Source: an uncultured Rhodospirillales bacterium (GTDB lineage Bacteria > Pseudomonadota > Alphaproteobacteria > Ferrovibrionales > Ferrovibrionaceae). From it: a DNA stretch of 64,000 nt. Where the stretch lies: the NCBI GenBank assembly GCA_937905845.1, contig CALCYJ010000208.1, positions 23 through 64,022 on the forward strand, written 5' to 3'. The translations under genes and the position numbers were made by a program. Shown here in pieces: positions 20,055-29,258 of the stretch (position 1 is the stretch's first letter; every line of letters starts with the position of its first letter). Below the pieces are notes generated by a model, which worked only from the letters and a program-made list of their open reading frames with translations, searched no databases and had not been told where the DNA came from.

Positions 20055-20108
20055 GGCCCCGCGCGATTGACAGGCCCGGCGCAATTGCCAGGTCCGGCGC
20101 AATTGACA
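20055..20108. repeat. Three tandem 18-bp direct repeats in the ACAD/ECH divergent promoter region
   Basis: GGCCCCGCGCGATTGACA / GGCCCGGCGCAATTGCCA / GGTCCGGCGCAATTGACA, 15-16 of 18 identical. Each carries a TTGACA or TTGCCA hexamer and a CAATTG-type core. Confidence 0.75.
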
Positions 20109-20190
20109 GAGATCGCCAAACGCCGGACAAAGCGGCAGGAGCAAAATCCGCAAGCTGAGCGGGCCCGCCCGCGCATCAGGAGAGAACGCC

Positions 20191-21000
20191 ATGACCGACC
20201 GCTATGCCGCCTATCAGCGTCTCGTCTTCGACCGGCCGCATCCGCGCGTGCTGCGCGTCACCATGTCGCGGCCGGGCCGGCTCAATGCGACCGACGAGAT
20301 CATGCATCGCGAGCTGGCCGAGGTCTGGCGCGACATCGACGCGGACACTTCCGTCAATGCCGTCATCCTGACCGGCGAAGGCAAGGCCTTCTCGGCTGGC
20401 GGCGATTTCGAGATGGTGCAGCACATCATCGATGATTTCCCCGCCCGCGCCCGCATCTGGAAGGAGGCGCGCGATCTGGTCTACAACGTGATCAATTGCT
20501 CCAAGCCGATCGTCTCCGCCATGCGCGGGCCGGCCGTCGGCGCGGGCCTGGTGGCGGGGCTTCTGGCCGATGTCTCGATCGCCGCCAAGGAAGCGCGCAT
20601 CATCGACGGCCATACCCGCCTGGGCGTGGCGGCGGGCGATCATTCCGCCATTGTCTGGCCGCTTCTGTGCGGCATGGCGCGGGCGAAATACTACCTGCTG
20701 CTCTGCGATGCGGTGTCGGGCGCCGAGGCCGAGCGCATCGGCCTTGTTTCGCTCGCCGTCGAGGACGACGCCCTCGATGCCAAGGCGCTTGAAATCGCGA
20801 CCCGCCTGGCGGAAGGGGCGCAGAGCGCCATCCGCTGGACGAAATATGCCCTCAACAACTGGTTCCGCCTGGCCGGGCCGACCTTCGACACGTCGCTGGC
20901 GCTGGAATTCCTAGGCTTCACCGGCCCCGACGCGAGCGAAGGCCTGGCCTCCCACCGCGAGAAGCGCAAGCCCGCCTTTACGCCCGACTGTCCGCTGTAA
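20191..21000 (+). CDS. Enoyl-CoA hydratase/isomerase family protein
   Basis: 269 aa. The crotonase fold segment [14 protein letters not shown] and [12 protein letters not shown] are present. Confidence 0.88.
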   Translation: MTDRYAAYQRLVFDRPHPRVLRVTMSRPGRLNATDEIMHRELAEVWRDIDADTSVNAVILTGEGKAFSAGGDFEMVQHIIDDFPARARIWKEARDLVYNVINCSKPIVSAMRGPAVGAGLVAGLLADVSIAAKEARIIDGHTRLGVAAGDHSAIVWPLLCGMARAKYYLLLCDAVSGAEAERIGLVSLAVEDDALDAKALEIATRLAEGAQSAIRWTKYALNNWFRLAGPTFDTSLALEFLGFTGPDASEGLASHREKRKPAFTPDCPL

Positions 21001-21020
21001 CCGGTCCGCCGCCGCCATCC

Positions 21021-22625
21021 TCACGGCGCGTCGGATGTGGGTTTGAAGGCCCGCGCCGCGACCTCCGCCGCCGATACCTGCGCCGCCGTGAGGAGCGGCC
21101 TGAGCCGGGCGCGCTCGGCCGCGGCGCCGGCATCGCCCTTGCCCGCCGCGATCGTCAGCCAGCGGTAGGCGCCGTCCAGGTCCTTCGGCGTGCCGAGCCC
21201 CTGGGCCAGCAGCAGGGCGAGGTTGTATTGCGCATCGGTCAGGCCGGTTGCCGCCGCCTTGTTGAACAAGGTCACGGCCTCCGGATAGTTGCGCGGCACG
21301 CCCTGTCCGGTGGCATAGAGAACGCCGAGATTATAGGCCGCCCGGGGGCTGCCGCGGGACGCCGCCTCGCCATACCAGGCCAGCGCCTTGGCCATGTCGG
21401 CCGGCCGGCCGAGGCCGCGTTCATAGACGACGCCGAGATTGTAGGCGGCATCGACCACCCCCTGCTCGGCCGCCTTCTCGAACCAGTTCGCCGCCGCCGT
21501 CAGGTCGCGCGGCACGCCCCGCCCGTCGGCATAGCGCATGGCAAGGTCATATTGCGCCGCGGGCTTGCCGGCATTGGCATCGCTTTCCAGCATCGCCAGG
21601 GGCCCGGTCGGCGCGGGGGGAGCGGCGGCGGGGCTGGCGGCAGGAGCGGCGCCGGCCGCGCCGGTCGTACCGGTCGTACCGGTCGTACCGGCATTGGCGG
21701 CTGCGGGTGGCGTGGCGGCCGGTGGCGGCGCCTCGGTCTTCGCCTGGGGCGGCGCCGCGGTCTCCGGTGTGGCCGGTGCGGCCGGCGTTGCCTTGGCCAC
21801 CGCCGCATGCGGTGGCGCGGCGGTATGCCGGCGGGACAGATAGAACAGGCCGCCGCCGATCACGACGACGACGAGCACGCCCACGCCGAGCCAGCGGGAC
21901 GATCCGGTGCCGCGACGCTTCGGCGTTCGCAGGAACGGCGGCGCGATGGCAAATCGCGGCACCGCGGGTGGTACTGCCGGTGCCGGTGGCACCGCCGGCG
22001 TTGGTGCCGGTGGCGGCAGGGTCGGCGCCGTGGCCCCGTCCAGGCTTGCCGCGGCCGCGGCGGCGCGCTGGATGCTGGTCATCAGCCGCGACGGCGGTGG
22101 CGGCGCCTCGATCGGGATGGCGGCCGGCGGCATTTCCGCCTCGGCCGCAAGGGCGGCCGGCGGCGTTTCCGGCGCGAGATCGGCGGGCTCCGGGCGTGCC
22201 GGCTCGGGCGGCTCGGTCAGCTTGGGCGGTTCGGGCAGTTCGGGCGGCTCGGGGCGAGCGGGCGGCGGACGGGAGAAAAGGTCGAGGGCCGGCTGCGGTT
22301 CGGGTTCCGGCGCGGCGCTTTGCGGGCGATCCTCGACCGCCGCCAGCCGCCGGTCGAGGGAGGCCAGGCGCTTGTCCATCCGGTTCAGCACCTGGAGGAT
22401 CATGGTCATGCGATGGTCTTCGGCCGCCGCCGGGGCCAGCGGCGTGGCCGGGAAGGCCGTGCCCTCGTCCATCGCCGTCCAGCTTCTGGGCTCGGCCTCC
22501 TGCGCTTGGATCGTGTGGTTGAGCCAGGCGCCGAGGCTCATGCCCGCCGCCTGCGCGGCGGCTTTGGCGGCTTCGCGCGTCGCCGCGTCCACGCCTTTGA
22601 TGCTCCACGGCGCTCCGGGCTTCAT
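21021..22625 (-). CDS. Sel1-repeat protein with Pro/Ala-rich linker, one TM segment and a PodJ-like N-terminal motif
   Basis: N-terminus PWSIKGVDAATREAAKAAAQAAGMSLGAWLN. TM segment WLGVGVLVVVVIGGGLFYL. C-terminal repeated A.YNLG..Y..G.GVP.. Sel1 units. Confidence 0.75.
   Translation of the reverse strand: MKPGAPWSIKGVDAATREAAKAAAQAAGMSLGAWLNHTIQAQEAEPRSWTAMDEGTAFPATPLAPAAAEDHRMTMILQVLNRMDKRLASLDRRLAAVEDRPQSAAPEPEPQPALDLFSRPPPARPEPPELPEPPKLTEPPEPARPEPADLAPETPPAALAAEAEMPPAAIPIEAPPPPSRLMTSIQRAAAAAASLDGATAPTLPPPAPTPAVPPAPAVPPAVPRFAIAPPFLRTPKRRGTGSSRWLGVGVLVVVVIGGGLFYLSRRHTAAPPHAAVAKATPAAPATPETAAPPQAKTEAPPPAATPPAAANAGTTGTTGTTGAAGAAPAASPAAAPPAPTGPLAMLESDANAGKPAAQYDLAMRYADGRGVPRDLTAAANWFEKAAEQGVVDAAYNLGVVYERGLGRPADMAKALAWYGEAASRGSPRAAYNLGVLYATGQGVPRNYPEAVTLFNKAAATGLTDAQYNLALLLAQGLGTPKDLDGAYRWLTIAAGKGDAGAAAERARLRPLLTAAQVSAAEVAARAFKPTSDAP
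21661..21687. repeat. In-frame 9-bp x3 tandem repeat inside the Sel1 gene
   Basis: CCGGTCGTA x3 on the plus strand, encoding (TTG)x3 in the sequence TTGTTGTTGAAGAA. Confidence 0.8.
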
Positions 22626-22713
22626 CCTGGATCTCCGATGCCTGGGTCTTCGATGCGATCGGCCCGCCGGCTGATAGACGGCGATAGGCTACCGGCCGGA
22701 ACCGGCGGGCAGT

Positions 22714-23100
22714 CTATCGCCGGGCTCGGGTGCTGTAAACGCCGGCTCGCGTCAATTCGGAACCGAGCCGGCCGCTGACCCAGGCCGCCGCCATGCGCCA
22801 GTCGCAAATCAGCGACCAGAAGGGATGGCGGAAGGTCGCCGGACGATTGCCCTCGACGAAGAAATGGCCGATCCAGGCCGGCGCGTAGCCGGCAAGCACC
22901 ATGGCCGCCAGCAGCCAGAGATCGCCGGTCGCAAGGGTAGCGATCAGGAAGGCGAGCGCCAGACCCGAGCCCAGGTAATGCCAGGCCCGCGTCAGCGGCT
23001 TCGCGTGTTCGCGCAGGTAGAAGGGCCAGAATTGCGCCAGGCTCGCGGGCGGGGCGGCTGGCGGCGGCGGGGCTGGCTGCGGCGGTTCGGGTTCCGTCAT
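22714..23100 (-). CDS. DUF962 (Mpo1-like) membrane protein
   Basis: ATG 23100. FWPFYLREHAKPLTRAWHYLG ... GHFFVEGNRPATFRHPFWS matches the DUF962 family pattern. Confidence 0.75.
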   Translation of the reverse strand: MTEPEPPQPAPPPPAAPPASLAQFWPFYLREHAKPLTRAWHYLGSGLALAFLIATLATGDLWLLAAMVLAGYAPAWIGHFFVEGNRPATFRHPFWSLICDWRMAAAWVSGRLGSELTRAGVYSTRARR

Positions 23101-23230
23101 GGCATCTTTCCGGCAAGCGGAGGGGCAGCCATAGGCCATCATCCTATTCCGGCGTAAGATCGGGCGGAAGAGGGGCGTGGGATCGCCTGGCGCCGGCCGG
23201 CCGGCCGGTCGACGCCGCGCGGTCGTTCGA

Positions 23231-23260
23231 GTTGACGTTTACGTAAACGTCAACTAGGCT
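23231..23260 (+). promoter_or_regulatory. 24-bp perfect palindrome embedded in a sigma70-like promoter upstream of the MerR-headed operon
   Basis: GTTGACGTTTACGTAAACGTCAAC (23231-23254). TTGACG (23232-23237), 17-nt spacer, TAGGCT (23255-23260). The site lies about 100 bp upstream of the MerR ATG. Confidence 0.6.
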
Positions 23261-23354
23261 TGGCCCATCGGCCGGATCGATCGGGATGGCGGCCGGCGGC
23301 AAGCCGCCCCGGGCAGCCAGGTGCGGCAGGACAGGCCACAAGGCTTAAGGTGCC

Positions 23355-23849
23355 ATGATCAATTCCGCGCTCGCGCAGGGGGTGAAGGTGGAAGACACCT
23401 TTACCATTACGGAACTCGCGGAGGAGTTCGAGATCACTCCCCGCACCATCCGTTTCTATGAGGACAAGGCGCTGCTGACGCCCGGGCGCCAGGGGCTGTC
23501 GCGCATCTATACCCGGCGCGACCGGGCGCGGCTCAAACTGATCCTGCGCGGCCGGCGGGTCGGTTTCAGCCTGGCCGAGATCAAGGAGATGATCGATCTC
23601 TACGAACTGGGCGATGATCCGGAAGAACGGGTGCGCCTGGCGCTCGATCGTTCGATCGCGCGGATGCAGGAGCTGAAGCGTCAGCGCCAGGATATCGAGG
23701 AGATGATCGGGGAGTTGCAGGAAGGAATCGAGAGCATCCACCGCTGGCTCGCGGAAAAGGCCGCAGGCCGCAGCCCGGCCAAGCCGCGTCCGCCGCGGCG
23801 CGCCGCGCGCGGCGAGATGGCCGAAAAACACCCGGGCGAGCGGACATGA
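23355..23849 (+). CDS. MerR-family transcriptional regulator (LiuR-like)
   Basis: FTITELAEEFEITPRTIRFYEDKALL is a MerR HTH, followed by a coiled-coil dimerisation region. It heads an acyl-CoA catabolic operon. Confidence 0.88.
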   Translation: MINSALAQGVKVEDTFTITELAEEFEITPRTIRFYEDKALLTPGRQGLSRIYTRRDRARLKLILRGRRVGFSLAEIKEMIDLYELGDDPEERVRLALDRSIARMQELKRQRQDIEEMIGELQEGIESIHRWLAEKAAGRSPAKPRPPRRAARGEMAEKHPGERT

Positions 23850-23907
23850 GGATCCTCCACGCGCATCCCTTGCCCGCCGCCGCCGCAACCAGAAGGACAA
23901 GCCGCCC

Positions 23908-25044
23908 ATGAAGAACGTGGTCATCGCGGGCTTCGCCCGTTCTCCCTTCACGCTGGCGCGCAAGGGCGCTCTTGCCAAGGTTCGCCCCGATGAGCTGGCG
24001 GCGCAGGTGATCGACGGCCTCCTGGCGCGGACCGGCGTTGCGGTCGAGGATATCGAGGATCTGATCCTCGGCTGCGCCTTTCCCGAAGGCGAGCAGGGGT
24101 TGAACGCCGCGCGCCTGGTCGGCTTTCTCGCCCATCTGCCGGTCGGCATGGCGGGCACCACCGTCAATCGCTTCTGCGGCTCCTCGATGCAGTCGATCCA
24201 TATGGCGGCGGGCGCGATCCAGATGAATGCGGGCGAGGTTTTCCTCTGCGCCGGCGTCGAGAGCATGACACGCGTGCCGATGGGCGGCTTCAATCCATCG
24301 CCCCATCCACGGCTTTATGCCGATTATCCGCAGGCCTATGTCGCCATGGGCATCACGGCGGAGAATCTCGCGAAGCAATACGGGATCGATCGCCGGACGC
24401 AGCAGGAACTGGCGGTGGAAAGCCAGGCCAAGGCGGCCGCAGCGCAGGCGGCCGGGCGGTTTGTCGACGAGATCGTGCCGATCGTCGATGGCAACGAACG
24501 TATCGAGACCGACGGCGTCATCCGCGCCGGCACCACCCAGGCGGCGCTCGATGCGCTGGAACCCGCCTTCGACAAGGCGGGGACGGTGACCGCCGGCACT
24601 TCCTCGCCGCTCACCGATGGCGCTTCCGCCGTGCTGGTGTGCAGCGAGGATTATGCCGACGCCCACGGGCTGAAGAAGCTGGCCCGCCTGCGCGCCATCG
24701 CCGTCGCCGGCTGTCCGCCCGAGATCATGGGCATCGGCCCGGTGCCGGCGACGAAGAAGGCGCTCGCGCGCGCCGGGCTGAAGATGGAAGACATCGATAT
24801 CGTCGAGATCAACGAGGCTTTCGCCGCCCAGGCGCAGGCCTGCCTCATCGAAGGCCGCATCCCGCGCGAGAAGATCAATCTCGACGGCGGCGCCCTCGCC
24901 ATCGGCCATCCCATGGGGGCGACCGGCGCGCGCATCACCGGCAAGGCGGCGGCGCTGCTCAAGCGCGAGGGCAAGCAATTCGCCCTCGCCACCCAATGTA
25001 TCGGCGGCGGCCAGGGCATCGCCACCGTGCTGGAGGCCTGCTGA
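23908..25044 (+). CDS. Acetyl-CoA C-acyltransferase (thiolase)
   Basis: 378 aa. VNRFCGSSMQ (active-site Cys), NEAFAAQ and GGGQGIATVLE thiolase signatures are present. Confidence 0.92.
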   Translation: MKNVVIAGFARSPFTLARKGALAKVRPDELAAQVIDGLLARTGVAVEDIEDLILGCAFPEGEQGLNAARLVGFLAHLPVGMAGTTVNRFCGSSMQSIHMAAGAIQMNAGEVFLCAGVESMTRVPMGGFNPSPHPRLYADYPQAYVAMGITAENLAKQYGIDRRTQQELAVESQAKAAAAQAAGRFVDEIVPIVDGNERIETDGVIRAGTTQAALDALEPAFDKAGTVTAGTSSPLTDGASAVLVCSEDYADAHGLKKLARLRAIAVAGCPPEIMGIGPVPATKKALARAGLKMEDIDIVEINEAFAAQAQACLIEGRIPREKINLDGGALAIGHPMGATGARITGKAAALLKREGKQFALATQCIGGGQGIATVLEAC

Positions 25045-27368
25045 TGGGCGCGGCGCCCGGGATTGCCCGCGTCGCGGTCATCGGCTCGGGCGTCATGGGG
25101 GCGGCGATCGCGGCCCATGTCGCCAATGCCGGCGTGCCGGTGGTGTTGCTGGATATCGCGGCGGAGGGTGCGGACCGCAGCAAGCTTGCGAAAGGCGCGA
25201 TCGACCGGCTGCTCAAGACCAAGCCGGCGCCGCTCATGCATCCCTCCTTCGCTCGGCGCATCACCCCCGGCAACCTCGAGGACGACCTCGGCCTGATCGC
25301 CGCCTGCGACTGGATCTGCGAGGCCATCATCGAGAAGGTCGAGATCAAGCGCGCGCTCTACCAGCGCCTGCAAACGGTGCGCAAGCCGGGCTCGATCGTA
25401 AGCTCCAATACCTCCACCATCCCGCTGGCCGAACTGGTGCGGGGGCAGGATCCGGGCTTTGCGGCCGATTTCGCCATCACGCATTTCTTCAACCCGCCAC
25501 GCTATATGCGGCTGCTCGAAGTGGTGGGCGGCGCGCAGACGCGCGCGGACGCGCTGGCGGCGCTGCGGCGCTTCGGCGACGAGACGCTCGGCAAGGAGGT
25601 GGTGGCGGCCAAGGATACGCCCGGCTTCATCGCCAATCGCATCGGCATCTACTGGTCGGTGACGGCGATGGAGGCGGCGTTCGATCAGGGCCTCAGCATC
25701 GAGGAGGCGGATGCGGTGGTGGGCCGGCCGATGGGCGTGCCCAAGACCGGCATCTTCGGCCTCGCCGATCTCACCGGCCTTGATCTCGGGCCGCATGTCG
25801 TGGGCTCGATGCTGAAGCTGCTGCCGAAAAGCGATGCTTTCGTCACGGCCTACCGCCCCGACCATCCGCTGAACGCGCTGACGGCGCGCCTGATCGCGGA
25901 TGGCTATATCGGGCGCAAGGGCAAGGGCGGCTTCTACCGCGACCGCGGCAAGGAGGTGCTCGATTTCGCGACCGGGACCTATCGGCCCGTGGTGCCGGCG
26001 GAGCTTGATTCCGTCAAGGCGGCGAAGAGCGGCCTGAAGGCGCTGGTCGAGCATCCCGACAAGGGTGGCCGCTATGCCTGGACGGTGCTGAGCCGCGTTC
26101 TCGTCTATGCCGCCGACCTCGTGCCCGAAATCGCCGACGACATCCTGGCGGTCGATGCCGCGATGCGCTGCGGCTATGCCTGGAAGGAGGGCCCGTTCCA
26201 GCAGATCGACCGGCTCGGGAGCGGGTGGCTGGCGGAAAAGCTCAAGGCGGAGGGGCGGCCGGTGCCGCGCCTGCTCGAAATCGCCGCCGGGCGGCCCTTC
26301 TACAAGATCGAAGGCGGCAAGGCGCTCTATCTGACGCCGGGCGGCGATTATGCCGAGATTCCGGTCGCGCCCGATGCCTGGACGCTGGCCGACAAGAAGC
26401 GCGGCCGCGAGCGCATCGCCGGTAACCGTTCCGCCTCGCTCTGGGACATCGGCGACGGCGTCGCCTGCCTCGAAATCCACACCAAGATGAATGCGATCGA
26501 CGGCGATGTCATCGCCCTGGTCGCGCAGGCCGCGAAGATCGACAAGCGCGGCTACAAGGCGCTGATCATCGGCGGCGATGCTGATAATTTCTCGGTCGGC
26601 GCCAATATCGGCCTTGGCCTGTTCGCCGCCAATCTCGCGTTGTGGCCGGTGCTCGAAGGCGGGATCGCCGAGGGGCAATCGGCCTATATGGCGCTGAAAT
26701 ACGCACCCTTCCCGGTGGTGGCGGCGCCGGCCCGCATGACGCTCGGCGGCGGCTGCGAGATCTGCCTGCATTCGGACGCGGTGCAGGCCCATGCCGAGAC
26801 CTATATGGGCCTGGTCGAGGCCGGCGTCGGCCTGGTGCCGGGCTGGGGCGGCTGCACGGAACTCGTCATCCGCGCCACCCTGAACAAGAAGCGGCCGGGC
26901 GGCCCGATGCCGCCGATCGCGCAAGTCTTCGAGACCATCTCGACCGCCAAGGTCTCGGCCTCGGCGGCCGAGGCGCGCGATCTTCTGCTGCTGCGCCCGG
27001 GCGACGGCATCACCATGAACCGCCGCCGCCTGCTCGCGGATGCCAAGGCCCGGGCGCTCGCCCTGGCCGCCGATTACAAGCCGCCCGCGCCGGTGGAGAT
27101 CAACCTGCCCGGCGCCACCGCCCGCGCGGCGCTCGACATGGCGGTCGAAGGGTTCGTGCGCCAGGGCAAGGCCACCGCGCACGACAAGGTGGTGGCGGGG
27201 GCGCTGGCGAAAGTCCTGAGCGGCGGCGATACCGATATCACGCGGTCGCTGAAGGAGCAGGACATCATGGCGCTCGAACGCGAGGCCTTCGTCTCCCTGC
27301 TCAAGACCAATGCCACGCTCGACCGGATCGAGCACATGCTCGAAACCGGCAAGCCGCTGCGCAACTGA
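25044..27368 (+). CDS. 3-hydroxyacyl-CoA dehydrogenase / enoyl-CoA hydratase fusion (N-terminal HAD type)
   Basis: ATG 25044 overlaps the thiolase stop (ATGA). VAVIGSGVMGAAIA Rossmann motif and a C-terminal crotonase-like domain. About 774 aa. Confidence 0.88.
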   Translation: MGAAPGIARVAVIGSGVMGAAIAAHVANAGVPVVLLDIAAEGADRSKLAKGAIDRLLKTKPAPLMHPSFARRITPGNLEDDLGLIAACDWICEAIIEKVEIKRALYQRLQTVRKPGSIVSSNTSTIPLAELVRGQDPGFAADFAITHFFNPPRYMRLLEVVGGAQTRADALAALRRFGDETLGKEVVAAKDTPGFIANRIGIYWSVTAMEAAFDQGLSIEEADAVVGRPMGVPKTGIFGLADLTGLDLGPHVVGSMLKLLPKSDAFVTAYRPDHPLNALTARLIADGYIGRKGKGGFYRDRGKEVLDFATGTYRPVVPAELDSVKAAKSGLKALVEHPDKGGRYAWTVLSRVLVYAADLVPEIADDILAVDAAMRCGYAWKEGPFQQIDRLGSGWLAEKLKAEGRPVPRLLEIAAGRPFYKIEGGKALYLTPGGDYAEIPVAPDAWTLADKKRGRERIAGNRSASLWDIGDGVACLEIHTKMNAIDGDVIALVAQAAKIDKRGYKALIIGGDADNFSVGANIGLGLFAANLALWPVLEGGIAEGQSAYMALKYAPFPVVAAPARMTLGGGCEICLHSDAVQAHAETYMGLVEAGVGLVPGWGGCTELVIRATLNKKRPGGPMPPIAQVFETISTAKVSASAAEARDLLLLRPGDGITMNRRRLLADAKARALALAADYKPPAPVEINLPGATARAALDMAVEGFVRQGKATAHDKVVAGALAKVLSGGDTDITRSLKEQDIMALEREAFVSLLKTNATLDRIEHMLETGKPLRN

Positions 27369-27379
27369 GGGAGGGATCG

Positions 27380-29173
27380 ATGCCCACCTACGAGGCCCCG
27401 CTCAAGGATTACCGCTTCGTTCTCAACGATCTGATCCAGATCGACCGCTATGCCAATCTCCCGGGCTTCGCCGACGCCCCGCGCGAGACGGTGGACGCCA
27501 TCCTCGAAGAGGGCGCGCGGCTGGTGCAGGAGGTGCTGGCGCCGCTCAACCAGGTGGGCGACCGCGAAGGCTGTCACTTCGATCAGGGCCGCGTCACGAC
27601 GCCCACCGGCTTCAAGGCCGCCTACGACACCTATCGCGAGGCCGGCTGGGGCGCCCTCACCGCCGACCCGGCCTATGGCGGCCAGGGCCTGCCGCATGTC
27701 ATCGGCATGATGGTCTCGGAGATGATGTGCTCGGCCAACATGGCCTTCGCCATGTATCCGGGCCTGAGCCATGGCGCCTATGCCGCCATCCACGCCCATG
27801 GCACGGACGAGCAGAAGCAGATGTATCTGCCAAAGCTGGTCTCGGGCGTATGGACAGGCACGATGAATCTGACCGAGCCGCAATGCGGCACCGATCTTGG
27901 CCTCATGCGCACCAAGGCGGAGCCGCAGGGCGACGGCAGCTACCGCATCACCGGCACCAAGATCTTCATCTCCGCCGGTGAGCACGATCTGGCGGAGAAC
28001 ATCGTCCATCTCGTGCTGGCGAAGATCCCGGGCGGCCCCGCGGGCATCAAGGGCGTGAGCCTCTTCATCGTGCCGAAGTTCCTGATCAATCCCGACGGCA
28101 GCCTCGGCGCGCGCAACGGCGTCGCCTGCGGCTCGATCGAGCACAAGATGGGCATCCACGGCAATTCGACCTGCGTGCTCAATTACGACGGCGCCACCGG
28201 CTATCTCGTGGGCGAGGCGCACAAGGGCATGCGCGCCATGTTCACCATGATGAACGAGGCCAGGCTCGGCGTCGGCGTGCAGGGGCTGGGCGTGGCGGAA
28301 GTGGCCTATCAGAACGCCGCGATCTATGCCCGCGACCGTTTGCAGATGCGCTCGCTTTCGGGCGTCAAGGCGCCCGACAAGCCGGCCGATCCCATCATCG
28401 TGCATCCCGATATCCGCCGCATGCTGATGACGATGCGCGCCTTCACCGAAGGGGCGCGGGCGCTGGCCTTGCAGACCGGGCTGCTGATCGATTTCTCGCT
28501 GCGTCATCCCGATGCGCAGGCGCGGCGCGATGCCGACGACCTCGTCGCCCTGCTGACACCGATGCTCAAGGCCTATCTCACCGACAGCGGCTTCGAGACC
28601 ACCAATCTGGCGCTGCAATGCTATGGCGGCCACGGCTATATCCAGGAATGGGGCATGGAGCAGTTCGTGCGCGATGCCCGCATCACCCAGATCTATGAAG
28701 GGACCAACGGCATCCAGGCGCTCGACCTCGTCGGCCGCAAGCTGCCGATGCATATGGGACGGCTGCTGCGCCAATTCTGCCACCCGCTCGACCGTTTCAT
28801 CCGGGAAAACAGCGCCGATCCCGCCATCGGCAAGACCTATGTTCTGCCGCTGGCCAGGGCTTTCGCGCGGTTTCAGCAGGCGACCGCCTGGATCGCCGAG
28901 CGCGGCCTGGCGCGGCCCGACGAGGCGGGCGCGGCGGCAAGCGATTATCTCAAGTTGTTCGCGCTGGTGGCGCTCGGCCATGTCTGGGCGCAGATGGCCA
29001 AGGTGGCGGGGGAAAAGCTCGCGCAAGGCGCCGATGACCGCGCCTTCTACGAGGCCAAGCTTGTAACCGCCCGCTTCTTCATGGAACGCATGCTGCCCGA
29101 TACGGCGGCGTTGCAGGCGAAGATCCAGGCCGGGGCGGAGAGCATGATGGCGCTGCCGGCCGATGCCTTCTGA
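27380..29173 (+). CDS. Large acyl-CoA dehydrogenase (about 597 aa, with extra C-terminal domain)
   Basis: MPTYEAPLKDYRFVLNDL... N-terminus. LTEPQCGTDLG, GTKIFISAGEHD and IYEGTNGIQALDLVGRK motifs. Confidence 0.9.
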   Translation: MPTYEAPLKDYRFVLNDLIQIDRYANLPGFADAPRETVDAILEEGARLVQEVLAPLNQVGDREGCHFDQGRVTTPTGFKAAYDTYREAGWGALTADPAYGGQGLPHVIGMMVSEMMCSANMAFAMYPGLSHGAYAAIHAHGTDEQKQMYLPKLVSGVWTGTMNLTEPQCGTDLGLMRTKAEPQGDGSYRITGTKIFISAGEHDLAENIVHLVLAKIPGGPAGIKGVSLFIVPKFLINPDGSLGARNGVACGSIEHKMGIHGNSTCVLNYDGATGYLVGEAHKGMRAMFTMMNEARLGVGVQGLGVAEVAYQNAAIYARDRLQMRSLSGVKAPDKPADPIIVHPDIRRMLMTMRAFTEGARALALQTGLLIDFSLRHPDAQARRDADDLVALLTPMLKAYLTDSGFETTNLALQCYGGHGYIQEWGMEQFVRDARITQIYEGTNGIQALDLVGRKLPMHMGRLLRQFCHPLDRFIRENSADPAIGKTYVLPLARAFARFQQATAWIAERGLARPDEAGAAASDYLKLFALVALGHVWAQMAKVAGEKLAQGADDRAFYEAKLVTARFFMERMLPDTAALQAKIQAGAESMMALPADAF

Positions 29174-29258
29174 GCGGCGCGAACGGCAGGCCAGAGATCG
29201 GGATGCGGCGCGGCCTTTCGGGGTGCGGCGCGAAATCGGGAGGATAAGTCGTTAGGAC

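Noticed and set aside
24651-27335. 894-aa minus-strand ORF. Similar ones occur at 27074-29026, 33155-34960, 56230-58173, 9877-11346 and 21228-22778.
   Set aside because: All mirror strongly supported genes on the opposite strand, and none has recognisable motifs or an SD. They are treated as shadow ORFs.
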